64,000 nt of DNA, from contig NC_043005.1 of the NCBI RefSeq assembly GCF_006345805.1, positions 13,516,001 through 13,580,000 on the forward strand, written 5' to 3'. The position numbers and the translations under genes were made by a program. Position 1 is the first letter of the stretch; every line of letters begins with the position of its first letter. The notes beneath the pieces are model-generated. The model saw nothing but the letters and a program-made list of their open reading frames with translations. It ran no database searches and was not told the DNA's origin. Of this stretch, positions 61,370 to 64,000 are shown piece after piece. Origin of the DNA: Octopus sinensis (Eukaryota).

Positions 61370-62303
61370 AGGTAATAGTGGAGAAAGTTTATTAAAAGCT
61401 GCTAGAGTCACAGCCAGACATAAGAAAACCACAACCCAATCGAAATTAAAAACCAGAAAAAGGAACAGAAATTATCTGACTGGCAGGAAAAGGCGTTGCA
61501 TGATAGATCCCCTGAGAGATTTGCAGGAAATAGTAGTAGTGAGGCATGGTTATGGTTACAGAAAGGTAAAGCTGAAGGGGAGGACAGAAAGTTTGTTAGT
61601 AGCTGCACAAGACCAAGCATTAAGGACTAATTGGATAAAAGCCATGATAAACAAAAACCAAGTAAATTCGCAATATAGATTATGCAAATCAAAAGAGGAA
61701 AGCGTTACTCATATAGTAAGTGAATGTAACATGCTGGCAGAGAAAGAATACGAGAAAAGACATGACAATCTAGGGAGAGCAATCCACTGGGTGTTGTGTA
61801 GAAAACTAGGATTTGAACATACTGATAAATCGTATGAACATGAACTTAGTAAAGTACTAAAATGTAAGAAATACAAGATGCTGTGGGACTTTAATATTCA
61901 GACTAACAGAGTAATAGAAGTTAGAAGGCCTGATTAGTAGTAGTAGTAGTAGTAGTAGTAGTAGCAGCAGCAGCAGCGTGAAGGCACGTGGCTTAGTGGT
62001 TAGGGCTTTCGGCTCACGATTGTAAGGTCGTGAGTTCGATTCCCGGCGACGCGTTGTGTCCTTGAGCAAGACACTTTATTTCACGTTGCTCCAGTCCACT
62101 CAGCTGGCAAAAATGAGTCGTACCTGTATTTCAAAGGGCCGGCCTTGTCACACTCTGTGTCACGCTGAATCTCCCTGAGAACTACGTTAGGGGTACACGT
62201 GTCTGTGGATTGCTCAGTCACTTGCACGTTAATTTCATGAGCAGGCTGTTCCGTTGATCGTATCAGCTGGGACCCTCGTCGTCGTAACCGACGGAGTGCT
62301 CCT

Positions 62304-62396
<93 letters not shown>

Positions 62397-62752
62397 CTAG
62401 TAGTAGTAGCAGCAGCAGCAGCAGCGTGAAGGCACGTGGCTTAGTGGTTAGGGCTTTCGGCTCACGATTGTAAGGTCGTGAGTTCGATTCCCGGCGACGC
62501 GTTGTGTCCTTGAGCAAGACACTTTATTTCACGTTGCTCCAGTCCACTCAGCTGGCAAAAATGAGTCGTACCTGTATTTCAAAGGGCCGGCCTTGTCACA
62601 CTCTGTGTCACGCTGAATCTCCCTGAGAACTACGTTAGGGGTACACGTGTCTGTGGATTGCTCAGTCACTTGCACGTTAATTTCATGAGCAGGCTGTTCC
62701 GTTGATCGTATCAGCTGGGACCCTCGTCGTCGTAACCGACGGAGTGCTCCTA

Positions 62753-62794
<42 letters not shown>

Positions 62795-62796
62795 TA

Positions 62797-62838
<42 letters not shown>

Positions 62839-63132
62839 ATAAAGAGAATAGAAAGTGCCAGGTAATTGACTTTACAGTCCCAAATGATGAAAACATTAAT
62901 ATGAGAAGAATAGAAAAAATAGCAAAGCACCAGGACCTAACTATTGACTTACTGGGACTATGGAAAGTGCGGGTAAAATGTATCCCAGTAGTCATAGGTG
63001 CATTGGGGACTGTCCCTAAAGATCTGAACTGATGGATAGAGGAAATAGGCATCAAACCCAGTTTAGTACAGCTGCAGAAAACAATGTTTTTAGAGATATT
63101 TTCTTTTCCAACAGCATAATTTGTTAAGTGTG

Positions 63133-63135
<3 letters not shown>
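61370..63135 (+). mobile_element. R4/Dong/NeSL-like LINE 3' end (zinc knuckle plus REL endonuclease) split by a microsatellite and SINE pair
   Basis: ESLLVAAQDQALRT..RLCKSKEESVTHIVSEC..RHD..HW.LC..LWDFNIQT..RRPD | VDKENRKCQVIDFTVP..IPVVIGALGTVPK; followed by (TAA)n. Confidence 0.85.
61976..62751 (+). mobile_element. Two apparently identical tandem copies of tRNA-derived SINE C (61976-62303, 62424-62751)
   Basis: GGCTTAGTGGTTAGG head, GTTCGATTCCC box B, CORE-like GTGTCCTTGAGCAAGACAC; period ~448 bp. Confidence 0.88.
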
Positions 63136-63196
<61 letters not shown>

Positions 63197-63199
<3 letters not shown>

Positions 63200-63793
63200 G
63201 CCCTGATGCATTATAAATGCCCTGATGCATTACATAAATGCCCTGATGCATTACCAGGCAGTGGCTCTTATGGCTTCTGATCTTAACTGATTGGAAGTGT
63301 TATCATGTACATTGTTTTGTCTTGGTATAAAAGATGGGCTACAGCAAATATTCTGCTCAATACCACAGATTTGCTTGTCAGGTGTTTGACCTTAACCAGT
63401 TGAGCATGTCTCTTAGTGGCTGACAATATGTGCATCTCTGATCACGAGCAGAAGTAGTGGGGGAGCATCATAGCCATGTGTTGAGAGGGATTCTTTGGGG
63501 TTTGAATAGTTCGCCTCTGGAAACATGGGTGGTTCTTTCAACATCCTTAAACAACCCTTATTCAGGGACCGTTTGAGCGGGATGGGCTACTCAACCTGAA
63601 GAAAATTCTAACTGGGCCCCACCTGCAAGGTCATGTGCTGTTTATCTTGATATGAGATCACCATGTCGCGCACATATGGTTGTGATGCATGTGCCTGGTG
63701 TACCTTTATCAGACGGGTAGTCATGATGGGTATATTGGGCTTCGTATATTTTACCCCAGTGTCACTTTGATGGCATGAACTGCTCTCTCACTC

Positions 63794-63800
<7 letters not shown>
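63197..63800 (+). mobile_element. ~600-bp non-coding element between (TAA)n tracts; partial second copy 63825-63975, reverse copy 32280-32795
   Basis: Shared GGCAGTGGCTCTCATGGCTTCTGATCTTAAC...GTGTCACTTTGATGGCATG body in three places. Confidence 0.7.
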
Positions 63801-63827
<27 letters not shown>

Positions 63828-64000
63828 TCCATGATGCAGTATAAATGCCCTGATACAGTACCAGATAGTGGCTCTCATGGCTTCTGATCTTAATTGCTTG
63901 GAAGTGTTATCATGTACATTGTTTTGTCTTGGTATAAAAGATGGACTACAGTAAATATTCTGCTCAATACCATAAAAATTAGCAGGAAGTATACACGTTA

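Noticed and set aside
61976-62060. tRNA-like sequences at SINE heads throughout the window
   Set aside because: Box A/B-like motifs only; no complete cloverleaf or acceptor stem, and always attached to a SINE body.

Overview
AT-rich eukaryotic genomic DNA saturated with microsatellites and short repeats; the repeat landscape suggests an octopus (inference, not database-checked). One protein-coding gene can be assembled by hand on the minus strand: a class III facilitative sugar transporter (GLUT10/GLUT12-like, MFS). It has 9 phase-consistent GT-AG coding exons from 26210 down to 700 and runs off the left edge. Two further phase-1 candidate first exons lie at 23184-23541 and 52462-52555. The rest is transposon-derived: four SINE families; degenerate RTE, CR1/L2-like, REL-endonuclease (R4/Dong/NeSL-like) and Penelope-like remnants; non-autonomous Helitrons with exact A|T insertion sites; and mariner-, pogo- and piggyBac-type MITEs plus foldback elements. 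The most notable signal, which the ORF track does not show, is at least seven minimal type-I hammerhead-ribozyme-like cores (CUGANGA...GAAA...NUH). They belong to about six unrelated short repeat families, several inside long fold-back palindromes, and suggest a set of Penelope-derived or retrozyme-like self-cleaving elements. Repeat boundaries are approximate unless termini are quoted.
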